From an uncultured virus (IMG/VR IMGVR_UViG_3300032167_000055) (Duplodnaviria > Heunggongvirae > Uroviricota > Caudoviricetes), in IMG/VR virus record IMGVR_UViG_3300032167_000055: DNA of 20,000 nucleotides. The stretch is one strand, 5' to 3'. Each line of letters starts with the position of its first letter. The first letter of the stretch is position 1. The notes beneath the pieces are model-generated. The model saw only the letters and a list, made by a program, of their open reading frames with translations. It made no database searches and was not told where the DNA came from. Position numbers and translations under genes: made by a program. This document shows positions 8,196 to 15,567 of the stretch, piece after piece.

Positions 8196-8264
8196 AATAA
8201 AACCTTCTTTCTAATAATAGTTTTAACTTATAGTTAAAATAAATATAGAAAGAGAGTTTATATT

Positions 8265-8729
8265 ATGATACCTATTTTACCTATAATACTAGGAAATAAA
8301 ACGAATGAAGTTACTACTGATACTATTAATCGTAGAAGGTGTGAAGAAATAAAAAATAAAGAAATTAAAAAAAACAAAACACCAACTAATGGTGTAACTT
8401 TACATAAAACTCCAGGACCTGAAATAGATTTTGAGGATCCTTTTTTAAAAACTTCCATGGAATTATTGAAAGATATGGAAGAAGAATTAAATGAAGATTA
8501 CGATCCAAATATTGAACTTGAAGAACGTATTCTTGATATGGAGACATTTTTAGTTGACACTTATGCAAATCAAATGTCATTGGTTCAACTTCTTATTAAT
8601 AAAGGTATGATATCATCTGGTGAGTACTTAGAATATAAAAAACTCATAAAGAAACAAGAAGATATTAATGCATTATATTCCGATATTCAAACTCGGAGAA
8701 AAATTTTAAATGAAAGGAAAGAAATATAA
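8265..8729 (+). CDS. Hypothetical protein (charged, helical)
   Basis: 154-aa ORF with AGAAAGAGAG upstream; stop abuts the next ATG (taatg). Confidence 0.75.
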   Translation: MIPILPIILGNKTNEVTTDTINRRRCEEIKNKEIKKNKTPTNGVTLHKTPGPEIDFEDPFLKTSMELLKDMEEELNEDYDPNIELEERILDMETFLVDTYANQMSLVQLLINKGMISSGEYLEYKKLIKKQEDINALYSDIQTRRKILNERKEI

Positions 8730-8730
8730 T

Positions 8731-9189
8731 ATGTTAAATTATGATTCAACTGTAGATGCATTGGAGCATAAGAAAATTGTTGAGAAAACAATGAAAGTTA
8801 TAATTGAAGATCTTGTTTATAGAGCAAGTATTCATGATAACTCTAAGTTAGAATCTCCTGAAAGGGAAGGATACGATAGTTTGATTCCTGAACTTAGAAA
8901 AGCAAAATACGGATCAGAAAAGTATAATCAGATTCGTAAAGATATGATGGATAGATGTTTATCTCATCACTATGAGGTAAACAGGCATCATCCAGAACAT
9001 TTTGAAAATGGTATTGAAGAATTTACTTTAGTCGATTTAGTCGAATATTTCGTTGATACCTATTCAGCGTCAACTAAATCAGATACACCTTATTCAGAAG
9101 GTGTTAAAATCAATGCTAAAAAACATAATCTTCCTGATGTATTGGTCAAAATATTTGAAAATACAGTAACGGAGTATTTTCCGAAATAA
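8731..9189 (+). CDS. DUF5662-like HD-type putative metal-dependent hydrolase
   Basis: Motifs H..HDNSK, HHYEVNRHHPEHF, DLVEYFVD; the ATG at 8731 follows AAAGGAAAG and is preferred over 8710. Confidence 0.7.
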   Translation: MLNYDSTVDALEHKKIVEKTMKVIIEDLVYRASIHDNSKLESPEREGYDSLIPELRKAKYGSEKYNQIRKDMMDRCLSHHYEVNRHHPEHFENGIEEFTLVDLVEYFVDTYSASTKSDTPYSEGVKINAKKHNLPDVLVKIFENTVTEYFPK

Positions 9190-9198
9190 CAAATATTT

Positions 9199-9308
9199 AA
9201 ATCAGAATTTGTGGTCTGATATGAATATTCCATCTGATTGGTTTTGTTTGACATTTTGACCTCTTAAAATATGACCTTGTAGAGAAATCTACAAGGTCAT
9301 ATATGTTT
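9199..9308 (+). ncRNA. Candidate small RNA D (~110 nt)
   Basis: aaca-aatatt-ta at 9188..9199, motif tatgaatattcca at 9220..9232, terminator at 9269..9302. Confidence 0.45.
9269..9302. terminator. Bidirectional terminator
   Basis: atatgaccttgtaga-gaaa-tctacaaggtcatat, 15-bp perfect stem. Confidence 0.85.
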
Positions 9309-9706
9309 TATGCATCAAGTTTTGCAAAAAGTTCTGCTCTTTCTTCAGCAGTAATTTCACCATTCTTTTCGCTCTCATAAATCATAAGAGCGATTTCATC
9401 TCTAGTGAAACCCTCATCAATAGCAGATTCAACTACAGACTCTTCTGCAGTAGGATTTTCTACAACAGGTTCCTCAGATGCACCCTCAACTACAGACTCT
9501 TCTGCAGTAGGTTCAGTAGTAGCATCCACGGATTCTTTTATATTGATAAGAGTCTGAGTGATATCAGCAAGCATCTTAACATCTTCCTCCTTCTGCATAT
9601 CAGCAGACTCACAGAAGTTAAGCATACTTTCAGAAAGATCTTTATCAATAAGATTTTCATCAACTGCTTCAAAAACAGCTAATTTAACTCTTTTAACATT
9701 ATCCAT
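9308..9706 (-). CDS. Acidic protein with an internal duplication, possibly prohead/inner-head protein
   Basis: AGAAAGGAAG RBS, AACA-N6-TA at 9747..9736; PTAEESVVE twice (26-bp direct repeat at 9429-9454 and 9486-9511); similar N- and C-terminal helices (LAVFEAVDENLI / LMIYESEKNGEI). Confidence 0.65.
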   Translation of the reverse strand: MDNVKRVKLAVFEAVDENLIDKDLSESMLNFCESADMQKEEDVKMLADITQTLINIKESVDATTEPTAEESVVEGASEEPVVENPTAEESVVESAIDEGFTRDEIALMIYESEKNGEITAEERAELFAKLDA

Positions 9707-9893
9707 GATTGATTACTTCCTTTCTATAAGTTTATTAATACCTTGTTTTGGTATAAAAAAGAAAAAAAAATAAATTGCACCAAAGGTGCTGTACGAATAA
9801 ACACCATACAACTATGTACAAGCACCTTGTACACGAAAATAATATACTTTTATAAATCGTTACTTTTACAAAGTAAATACTAATTTTTTCATT

Positions 9894-9904
9894 GATATAT
9901 TATT
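9894..9904 (+). promoter_or_regulatory. Putative early promoter motif GATATATTATT
   Basis: Same 11-mer at 19733..19743; GTATATTATT on the minus strand at 9847..9838 and 2593..2584; all are intergenic. Confidence 0.55.
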
Positions 9905-9934
9905 TTAATAGATAAAAGAAAGGAGTGATCGTTA

Positions 9935-10780
9935 ATGAATTACTGGTCAAAAAAGACACTAAACAAACAACATGCAATTGAACACCTTACAGAAGTATGT
10001 AAGTATTTCGCAAAAGAAATCTCAAAAAGTATTGAAAATACCGAAGAATATACAGAAGATGATTGTAGAATGTTTCTTATTCGTAACTTAGAGAGTGAAG
10101 ACTCTATGGGTTATTGTATTTCTGTAGATTTTGAAAGAAAAGGTATCATCGAAGCAGTTCTCGATAATAAAAGTAAATCGAAAATTGCAATACTCAATTT
10201 TGCATCTTATAAAAATCCTGGTGGGATGTATCTCAATGGTTCTTCTGCTCAAGAAGAGTGTATTTGTCATTCCAGTACATTATTTCCAGTATTAGAATCG
10301 TTCAATGATACGTTCTATCATTTCAACAGAGAAAATAAAAACAAAGCACTCTATACGAATAGAATGCTGTATAGTCCTGATATAGTGATTATGGAAGGAA
10401 ACAAAAAACGATTAGTAGATGTTATCACTATTGCAGCACCTAATAGAGGAGCTGCACTTAAAAACGGAGTATCCGAAGATGAAATTGAAACTACTATGAG
10501 AGAACGAATAATTTGTACACTCGAGGTTGCTAAATCTCATGGTGTTAAAACATTATTCCTTGGAGCATTCGGTTGTGGAGTCTTCAAAAACAATCCTGAA
10601 GTAGTTGCAAGAATATTTTGTGATGAACTTAAAAAGTATCCAGAGATGAAATTCGTATTTCCTATTCCTGATGAAGAGAATTACAATGCATTTTCATCAA
10701 TATTAACAGAAACATTTGTTAGAGGATTGCTTGGAGATAATCCATCAGGGAAAGATCCAATATCAATAACTGAATTTTAA
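9935..10780 (+). CDS. TIGR02452/DUF2263-family macrodomain protein (microbial PARG-like ADP-ribosyl hydrolase)
   Basis: LNFASYKNPGGMYLNGSSAQEECIC (GGx6-8QEE-type catalytic loop), LYSPDI, VDVITIAAPN, LGAFGCGVFKN; AGAAAGGAG RBS. Confidence 0.9.
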   Translation: MNYWSKKTLNKQHAIEHLTEVCKYFAKEISKSIENTEEYTEDDCRMFLIRNLESEDSMGYCISVDFERKGIIEAVLDNKSKSKIAILNFASYKNPGGMYLNGSSAQEECICHSSTLFPVLESFNDTFYHFNRENKNKALYTNRMLYSPDIVIMEGNKKRLVDVITIAAPNRGAALKNGVSEDEIETTMRERIICTLEVAKSHGVKTLFLGAFGCGVFKNNPEVVARIFCDELKKYPEMKFVFPIPDEENYNAFSSILTETFVRGLLGDNPSGKDPISITEF

Positions 10781-10781
10781 G

Positions 10782-10815
10782 ATAAGAGGGTGGTGGTTAT
10801 TCATCACCCTCTTAT
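10782..10815 (+). terminator. Intrinsic terminator
   Basis: ataagagggtggtg / catcaccctcttat followed by a T-run. Confidence 0.85.
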
Positions 10816-10885
10816 TTTTTTTTCTATAAAGACGTTTTCGTAAATTATCACATTATTATAAGAAAAATGAAAGGGATGGTTTAAA

Positions 10886-11377
10886 ATGAATAGTGTGTTA
10901 TTAAATGATGAAAGAACCGATCTCTGTTTATCTTTACCTCCGTTATTAAAACGGCTCGCAATTATGTCATATAAGTTATCTTCTAAATTCTTTGATTCTC
11001 TCAAAGTTAGATGCTTATCCCATGGTATTGAATATCCAGGGGATGACTTTTTGTCTGATGTAGCAGTACTGATGTACTTGTTACCTGGTAAAGTTATGAC
11101 AGAAGAGGAACTTTCTATACGTTATACCGCTTTAAACTATTCTATACATATTAATGAATTTTTACGTATCATGAAAGTAATGAATGAATTCATTCTTCTT
11201 GATAAGAGTAATGCATTAAAGATGTATACTGTAATAGAAAAAGCGAAACATGAAGACCCTATTCTGTTTATCCTCTGTACATTAGACTATGCTTCGAAGC
11301 TTAAAGTATATCTTAACCACAGATACGACGACGTCGGTTGTGTGTTGTCTGATTGTATGGATCATTTTCTTGAATAG
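10886..11377 (+). CDS. Hypothetical protein
   Basis: 163-aa ORF with an AAAGGGA RBS and a downstream terminator. Confidence 0.75.
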   Translation: MNSVLLNDERTDLCLSLPPLLKRLAIMSYKLSSKFFDSLKVRCLSHGIEYPGDDFLSDVAVLMYLLPGKVMTEEELSIRYTALNYSIHINEFLRIMKVMNEFILLDKSNALKMYTVIEKAKHEDPILFILCTLDYASKLKVYLNHRYDDVGCVLSDCMDHFLE

Positions 11378-11378
11378 G

Positions 11379-11414
11379 AAAAGACCAGTGAGTGTTTTTA
11401 CTCACTGGTCTTTT
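11379..11414. terminator. Bidirectional terminator
   Basis: aaaagaccagtgagt / actcactggtctttt. Confidence 0.85.
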
Positions 11415-11435
11415 AACTAACCTATTTTCATAAAT

Positions 11436-12338
11436 TTAGACTAATGTAATTTTAGCCCAACCATTTCCATCTCGAACACCATTTTCCATAGAACCTGATG
11501 TGACTCCTCCTATATATCCAGAACCACCACCAGCTCCAGACCATCCTCCACCAGGACCACCACCATATAATCCGCCTCCGCCACCAGCAGAATTATGGAT
11601 ATCACTATTAGCTTTTCCGAAAAATCCTCTATATAGGTCAGGGGTTTCACCTATATCATTATAACCACCGGCAGTTTGTGTACCGCCAGTTCCATATGAA
11701 AAGTAATCATCTGAAACATAATCTCCTATAACGGTTCCATTTCCACCAGTAGTTCCACCACCAGTACCACCAACACCATAATGCGTATCATCGTGATATG
11801 AAGCGCCTCCTCCACCACCAGCTACAATAAATAATCCGTTTGTAGATCCATGATCAGCTAACGTTGAGTTGAATGTACCTATATGAGTACATCCTCCTCC
11901 ACTTCCATTATAATATAATACTGTAGGTGCATTAGCACCACCATTATATCCACCAGGGTAAGTTATTGGCTGAGTGTTTATTTCACTACCTCTTTGACTA
12001 CAATCTGTTCCTTGTCCACCCACACAGACATATATAGTTTGACCTGCTGTAAGATTTGCATATCCTTTAGCATATCCTCCAAAACCACCTGCAATATGGT
12101 TAGTTACATGACCGCCTCGTGCACCCTTAACTTCAAGAAGGTATGTACCTGTAACAGGTACAGTAAACGCTTGTACTCCTCCTGTATAATTAAATTCTTT
12201 AGATGAAAAACTAGAAACTTGCCATACAGTTGTTGTTACTCCATCTTTCACCACATTAACTTTAGTTATTTTAGTAGATCCAACTTTTAAACTACCTTCT
12301 GTAGTTGGTATAGTAGTATTTCCAACTTTAATAGCCAT
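11436..12338 (-). CDS. Glycine-rich-domain adhesin / receptor-binding partner of cassette 5
   Basis: GGAGGT RBS; N-terminus related to the MSIIVNGTTIP proteins, then FNYTGGVQAFTVPVTGTYLLEVKGARGG, GGYNGG, IVAGGGGG, GGGGGLYGGG, GGGSGYIGGV, GNGWAKIT (polyglycine domain). Confidence 0.82.
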   Translation of the reverse strand: MAIKVGNTTIPTTEGSLKVGSTKITKVNVVKDGVTTTVWQVSSFSSKEFNYTGGVQAFTVPVTGTYLLEVKGARGGHVTNHIAGGFGGYAKGYANLTAGQTIYVCVGGQGTDCSQRGSEINTQPITYPGGYNGGANAPTVLYYNGSGGGCTHIGTFNSTLADHGSTNGLFIVAGGGGGASYHDDTHYGVGGTGGGTTGGNGTVIGDYVSDDYFSYGTGGTQTAGGYNDIGETPDLYRGFFGKANSDIHNSAGGGGGLYGGGPGGGWSGAGGGSGYIGGVTSGSMENGVRDGNGWAKITLV

Positions 12339-12351
12339 ATCACAATACCTC

Positions 12352-12999
12352 CTATAAAGTAATAGTTAATGTTGTACCACTTAAAGAAAAATGCGAAGAT
12401 CTCATTATTTTTGATATAGTTCCACTATTATTAATATATTTAAGATTTCCATCATTATCTAAATATAATATGCCTGCAACAACTCCAGAATTATGAAAAC
12501 CATAACTAGCTCTATTTGAAGTTGTACTAGCATTACTAGCCTCTGCTGAAAAATGGGCTGCAGTATAGTTATTATTAGCTGGGGCAAATGCCATAGATAC
12601 TTTTTGTGCTCCAGTGAATGAATTCGATGTTTTTACTGCTTTTGCATTAAGTTGTGTTTGTATATCGCTGGTAACATTTGATAAATATCCAAGTTTATCA
12701 ATAGTAGTTTTATTATTTATTTTATAATTGCTATCAATTGTCATTGTTTTATTAAATGGGTGAATCTGAATCATTGCAGATTCACCTACTACTGTCGTAC
12801 CATCTTCAGATTTAAGTCCAAATAATCTAAAATATCCTTTATAGTTATCCAAAGTTAAATTAGAATACTTCTTTCCATCGTCAGCTGCACTTAACTGTAA
12901 TTCACCACCTTCAGCACCATCAGTTCCACCTGTTAAAGGTTTCAATTGAAGATTGCCTTTCATTCGTCCGCCATGTACAGTCACCATATTACTATTTAG
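12352..12999 (-). CDS. Silent tail-fibre C-terminal cassette 5 (215 aa)
   Basis: In frame from the repeat: LNSNMVTVHGGRMKGNL (GGxMxGxL fibre motif); internal LGYLSNVTSDIQTQLNAK; ends LSGTTLTITL; the ATG at 12987 has no RBS. Confidence 0.85.
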   Translation of the reverse strand, partial: LNSNMVTVHGGRMKGNLQLKPLTGGTDGAEGGELQLSAADDGKKYSNLTLDNYKGYFRLFGLKSEDGTTVVGESAMIQIHPFNKTMTIDSNYKINNKTTIDKLGYLSNVTSDIQTQLNAKAVKTSNSFTGAQKVSMAFAPANNNYTAAHFSAEASNASTTSNRASYGFHNSGVVAGILYLDNDGNLKYINNSGTISKIMRSSHFSLSGTTLTITL

Positions 13000-13068
13000 C
13001 TAAATAAGAAATCTGTAAGTCTCGAGAAATATCGAGACTTACAGAAATTTTACTTAACTAAATTCCGT
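12989..13068 (-). repeat. 80-bp cassette-junction element, copy 5
   Basis: Consensus with the taaataagaaatctg variant. Confidence 0.97.
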
Positions 13069-13100
13069 CCACTCCCACATGATATAAAATTATTAATTAT

Positions 13101-13649
13101 TTATAAAAAAGATAGACGTTTTTCATGATCCTGTAAAATTTTAAGAATTGGTGTGACCAATTTAGCATAATCTAAACCTTCAATTACATTTTCGCTAAAA
13201 ATAACTGGATACGAAATATAATCATACACTTCTTCTGCTATAAGACCTACACAATTAATTCCGTTTTCTTTATTTTTATAATCATACGTTACAGGTCTTA
13301 ATTTTAAAATTTGTTTAGCATATTCTAAATCAAGATCTTTGACATTTTCTTTATATCGTATACTACTAGGATTTGTAAATGCAGATGCATATATAGGTAC
13401 ATTAGCAGTCACACCTGTATTATTACAATGAATTTCCTTAGCACAAAGTCTCGCGACATATGAATTAGATGCTGATACTAAATATACATCTCTATTATCT
13501 AACGCTCTATATTGACTAGCCTTTATATTGTTATTTACAATAACAACACCTGTACACGTTCCACCACCAAGCGGTAAATAACTATGAGTGTGAGAACTCG
13601 TTGCATATCCACTATGAGTATGATTAGTATCTGCTTTGTTACTATTTAG
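13101..13649 (-). CDS. Silent tail-fibre C-terminal cassette 6 (182 aa) with an intramolecular chaperone (peptidase S74-like) domain
   Basis: In frame from the repeat: LNSNKADTNHTHSGYATSSHTHSYLPLGGGTCTG..., continuing into ORF 13101..13412 with SSIRYKENV, LRPVTYDYK, GLIAEEV, LDYAKLV. Confidence 0.88.
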   Translation of the reverse strand, partial: LNSNKADTNHTHSGYATSSHTHSYLPLGGGTCTGVVIVNNNIKASQYRALDNRDVYLVSASNSYVARLCAKEIHCNNTGVTANVPIYASAFTNPSSIRYKENVKDLDLEYAKQILKLRPVTYDYKNKENGINCVGLIAEEVYDYISYPVIFSENVIEGLDYAKLVTPILKILQDHEKRLSFL

Positions 13650-13718
13650 CTAAATAAAGAATCTGTAAGTCCCTAGAAATATCGAGACTTACAGAAATTT
13701 TACTTAACTAAATTCCGT
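13639..13718 (-). repeat. 80-bp cassette-junction element, copy 6
   Basis: Consensus with the gtccctag variant near the loop. Confidence 0.97.
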
Positions 13719-13775
13719 CAACCCACCCAACCTTATTACAAGGTTAACACAATACTCTCATATTTTAACTATTAA

Positions 13776-13787
13776 AACATTTTTTTA
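13776..13787 (+). promoter_or_regulatory. Putative phage-RNAP late promoter AACA-N6-TA
   Basis: aaca-tttttt-ta followed by atgtataggaagg, matching the context at 6957. Confidence 0.65.
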
Positions 13788-13809
13788 ATGTATAGGAAGG
13801 TGGATTATT

Positions 13810-14196
13810 ATGTTAACAGATACTAAGCATATATTTAAAATAAAGGATAAAGAACCAGCATACCTTTCTAAAACAGGTATTGCTCCTACAGTTGGTAAAA
13901 CTTATCCTTTGTATATACCACATTTAATGCCTAAAATTAAAATGGGTGAACCTAAAACAGGTGCTGTTTTTTCTAAAGGAGTTATTTGCTTCAAAAATGC
14001 TCCTGAATGTAAAATACTTACAGCAACTTTATTAAAAAACCAAAATTATTTGGATGTTCCTTTTGAACGAAATAAATCTTGGGAAGGTCAAGGTATTAAA
14101 AATCCAGACAATACATATACTATTAATAAAAATACGAAAGTAATTTGTAATTGTCCGAGTAATTCATTAAATGACCTTACATTCTCGAATGATTAG
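13810..14196 (+). CDS. Hypothetical protein, possibly baseplate-associated
   Basis: GGAAGGTG RBS, late-type promoter, apparently co-transcribed with the gp53-like gene. Confidence 0.7.
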   Translation: MLTDTKHIFKIKDKEPAYLSKTGIAPTVGKTYPLYIPHLMPKIKMGEPKTGAVFSKGVICFKNAPECKILTATLLKNQNYLDVPFERNKSWEGQGIKNPDNTYTINKNTKVICNCPSNSLNDLTFSND

Positions 14197-14208
14197 AGGT
14201 GACAAACA

Positions 14209-14628
14209 ATGGCTACAAAAAATTACGATACAATACAACTTCAAGTACAAGATGAACAAACGTATGAACTTGGGTTTAGACAAATGACAGATCCCCTCAA
14301 AATAACAGATTCGAAGAGTGGTGATTCTATTGTTGTTCCATATAATTCATTAATCAATAAATATAGATATTATCTTGAAGATTATATAGAAACTATTGAA
14401 CTTGACGAAGTTCAGTATGAAACGTTTAGACAAAATCCTCAAGTTCTATCAGAAGCTTTATATGGAACAGTTCATTTCTGGTTTACGTTACTTGAACTTA
14501 ATAACTGTATAAGTAGAACCAAATTCAATGTAAGAAAGGTGAAATATTATTCACCTTCAAAGATTCATCAAATACTGAATGAGGTTTTACTTAAAGTTGA
14601 ACAAGAAAAAGAAATAAATATTTATTAA
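14209..14628 (+). CDS. Baseplate wedge protein, T4 gp53-like (LysM-like fold)
   Basis: PQVLSEALYGTVHFWFTLLELNN matches the P..ls..lYG....wW.il..N pattern; GAGGTG RBS. Confidence 0.7.
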   Translation: MATKNYDTIQLQVQDEQTYELGFRQMTDPLKITDSKSGDSIVVPYNSLINKYRYYLEDYIETIELDEVQYETFRQNPQVLSEALYGTVHFWFTLLELNNCISRTKFNVRKVKYYSPSKIHQILNEVLLKVEQEKEINIY

Positions 14629-14662
14629 TTTAGAGATATGGTATAAAACCATATCTCTAAAT
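14628..14662 (+). terminator. Intrinsic terminator
   Basis: atttagagatatggt / accatatctctaaat followed by cttttt. Confidence 0.85.
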
Positions 14663-14711
14663 CTTTTTAGACAATTATGTAAAGCTTTTGACGAAGGAGG
14701 GTATGGTAGTC

Positions 14712-15104
14712 ATGCTTATGTTTGAAGAAACCGTTAAATTTATTCATGATAGTGGGATTAAAAGATTTTCAAGAGACATGGAAAGTCTTAGAAAAGATTT
14801 GAATCATATTATCAATCTATTCACAAATGAATGTGATCTAAATCTTATCTATGGTCATTACAACAGAAACGCTCTTGTTATTCGAGCTATTTTAAGAGCT
14901 AAATTACACATTGTAACAAAGAATCAGGAAAGCATTAAAAATGCAGATATTAATAACTTTTTCACCTCACTTGCTAAATTTTTATCTAGTGAATTCAATG
15001 AATTCTTTATTATTCAAGATTCACGTGACATAAAAATAATTTCTATAAGTGCAAAGGAAATTGGAATTGGTTATGAAGATTTCCTTAAATTCGTAAATAT
15101 ATAA
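14712..15104 (+). CDS. Hypothetical protein
   Basis: AAGGAGG at ~14694-14700 favours the ATG at 14712 over the TTG at 14688; GACA-N6-TA at 14670. Confidence 0.7.
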   Translation: MLMFEETVKFIHDSGIKRFSRDMESLRKDLNHIINLFTNECDLNLIYGHYNRNALVIRAILRAKLHIVTKNQESIKNADINNFFTSLAKFLSSEFNEFFIIQDSRDIKIISISAKEIGIGYEDFLKFVNI

Positions 15105-15115
15105 TGAGGTGAATT

Positions 15116-15505
15116 ATGATTATCGGATATTTTAAAGAGTATCGTGGTTACAGAGGATCAATTGAACATACTCCTGTTCATTTATTAGTTAATGATCCAA
15201 AAGATGATGAATCCAAAATCAGTAAAGATTTACGATCACGGTTTAGATATTATGGTAGACTTCTTGATTGCAAAAGTGATTCAATATTTTATTTTTCAAA
15301 TGATATAGTTTGTCTTCATAAGATGTTTAAAACGATCGTGAATAATTACATAGCAGTGAATGAAGGAATTATTCAGTGCAACGAAGATACTACTGAATGT
15401 AATTATATGTGTCATTGCTGTTGTAAAGATTCTTCGAAGATTGATAAACATGTTGAATACGAGAAGATAAAAGATGCTAAAAATTTCTATGAGAAGATAG
15501 AGTAG
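15116..15505 (+). CDS. HicB-like protein with a Cys-rich C-terminus
   Basis: YRGYRGSIE...YYGRLL....IFYFSNDIVCLHKMFKTIVNNYI resembles the HicB N-terminal pattern YKGYxGSVE..GKvl..ItyegxxxxeLxxxFxxaVDDYL; GAGGTG RBS. Confidence 0.55.
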   Translation: MIIGYFKEYRGYRGSIEHTPVHLLVNDPKDDESKISKDLRSRFRYYGRLLDCKSDSIFYFSNDIVCLHKMFKTIVNNYIAVNEGIIQCNEDTTECNYMCHCCCKDSSKIDKHVEYEKIKDAKNFYEKIE

Positions 15506-15521
15506 TTATACTCTATCTTCT
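15492..15521 (+). terminator. Intrinsic terminator overlapping the stop codon
   Basis: agaagatagagta / tactctatcttct followed by tatttt. Confidence 0.75.
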
Positions 15522-15567
15522 TATTTTCCTTTTGACAAAAAATTAAGTAACTGAAAGGAAGTTAACT

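Noticed and set aside
488..13718. 80-bp repeats as a CRISPR array
   Set aside because: The repeats are too long, the intervals are 0.6-6 kb and protein-coding, and no cas genes are present.
488..13718. 80-bp repeats as MITE/REP-like selfish insertions or plain duplicated terminators
   Set aside because: All six are fused in the same frame and orientation to start-less ORFs, five with clear fibre motifs, and no target-site duplications are visible. The other terminators in the window are all unique sequences.
211..13718. Diversity-generating retroelement
   Set aside because: There is no reverse transcriptase in the window and no TR/VR pair differing at adenines. The 62-bp repeat pair is fully identical.
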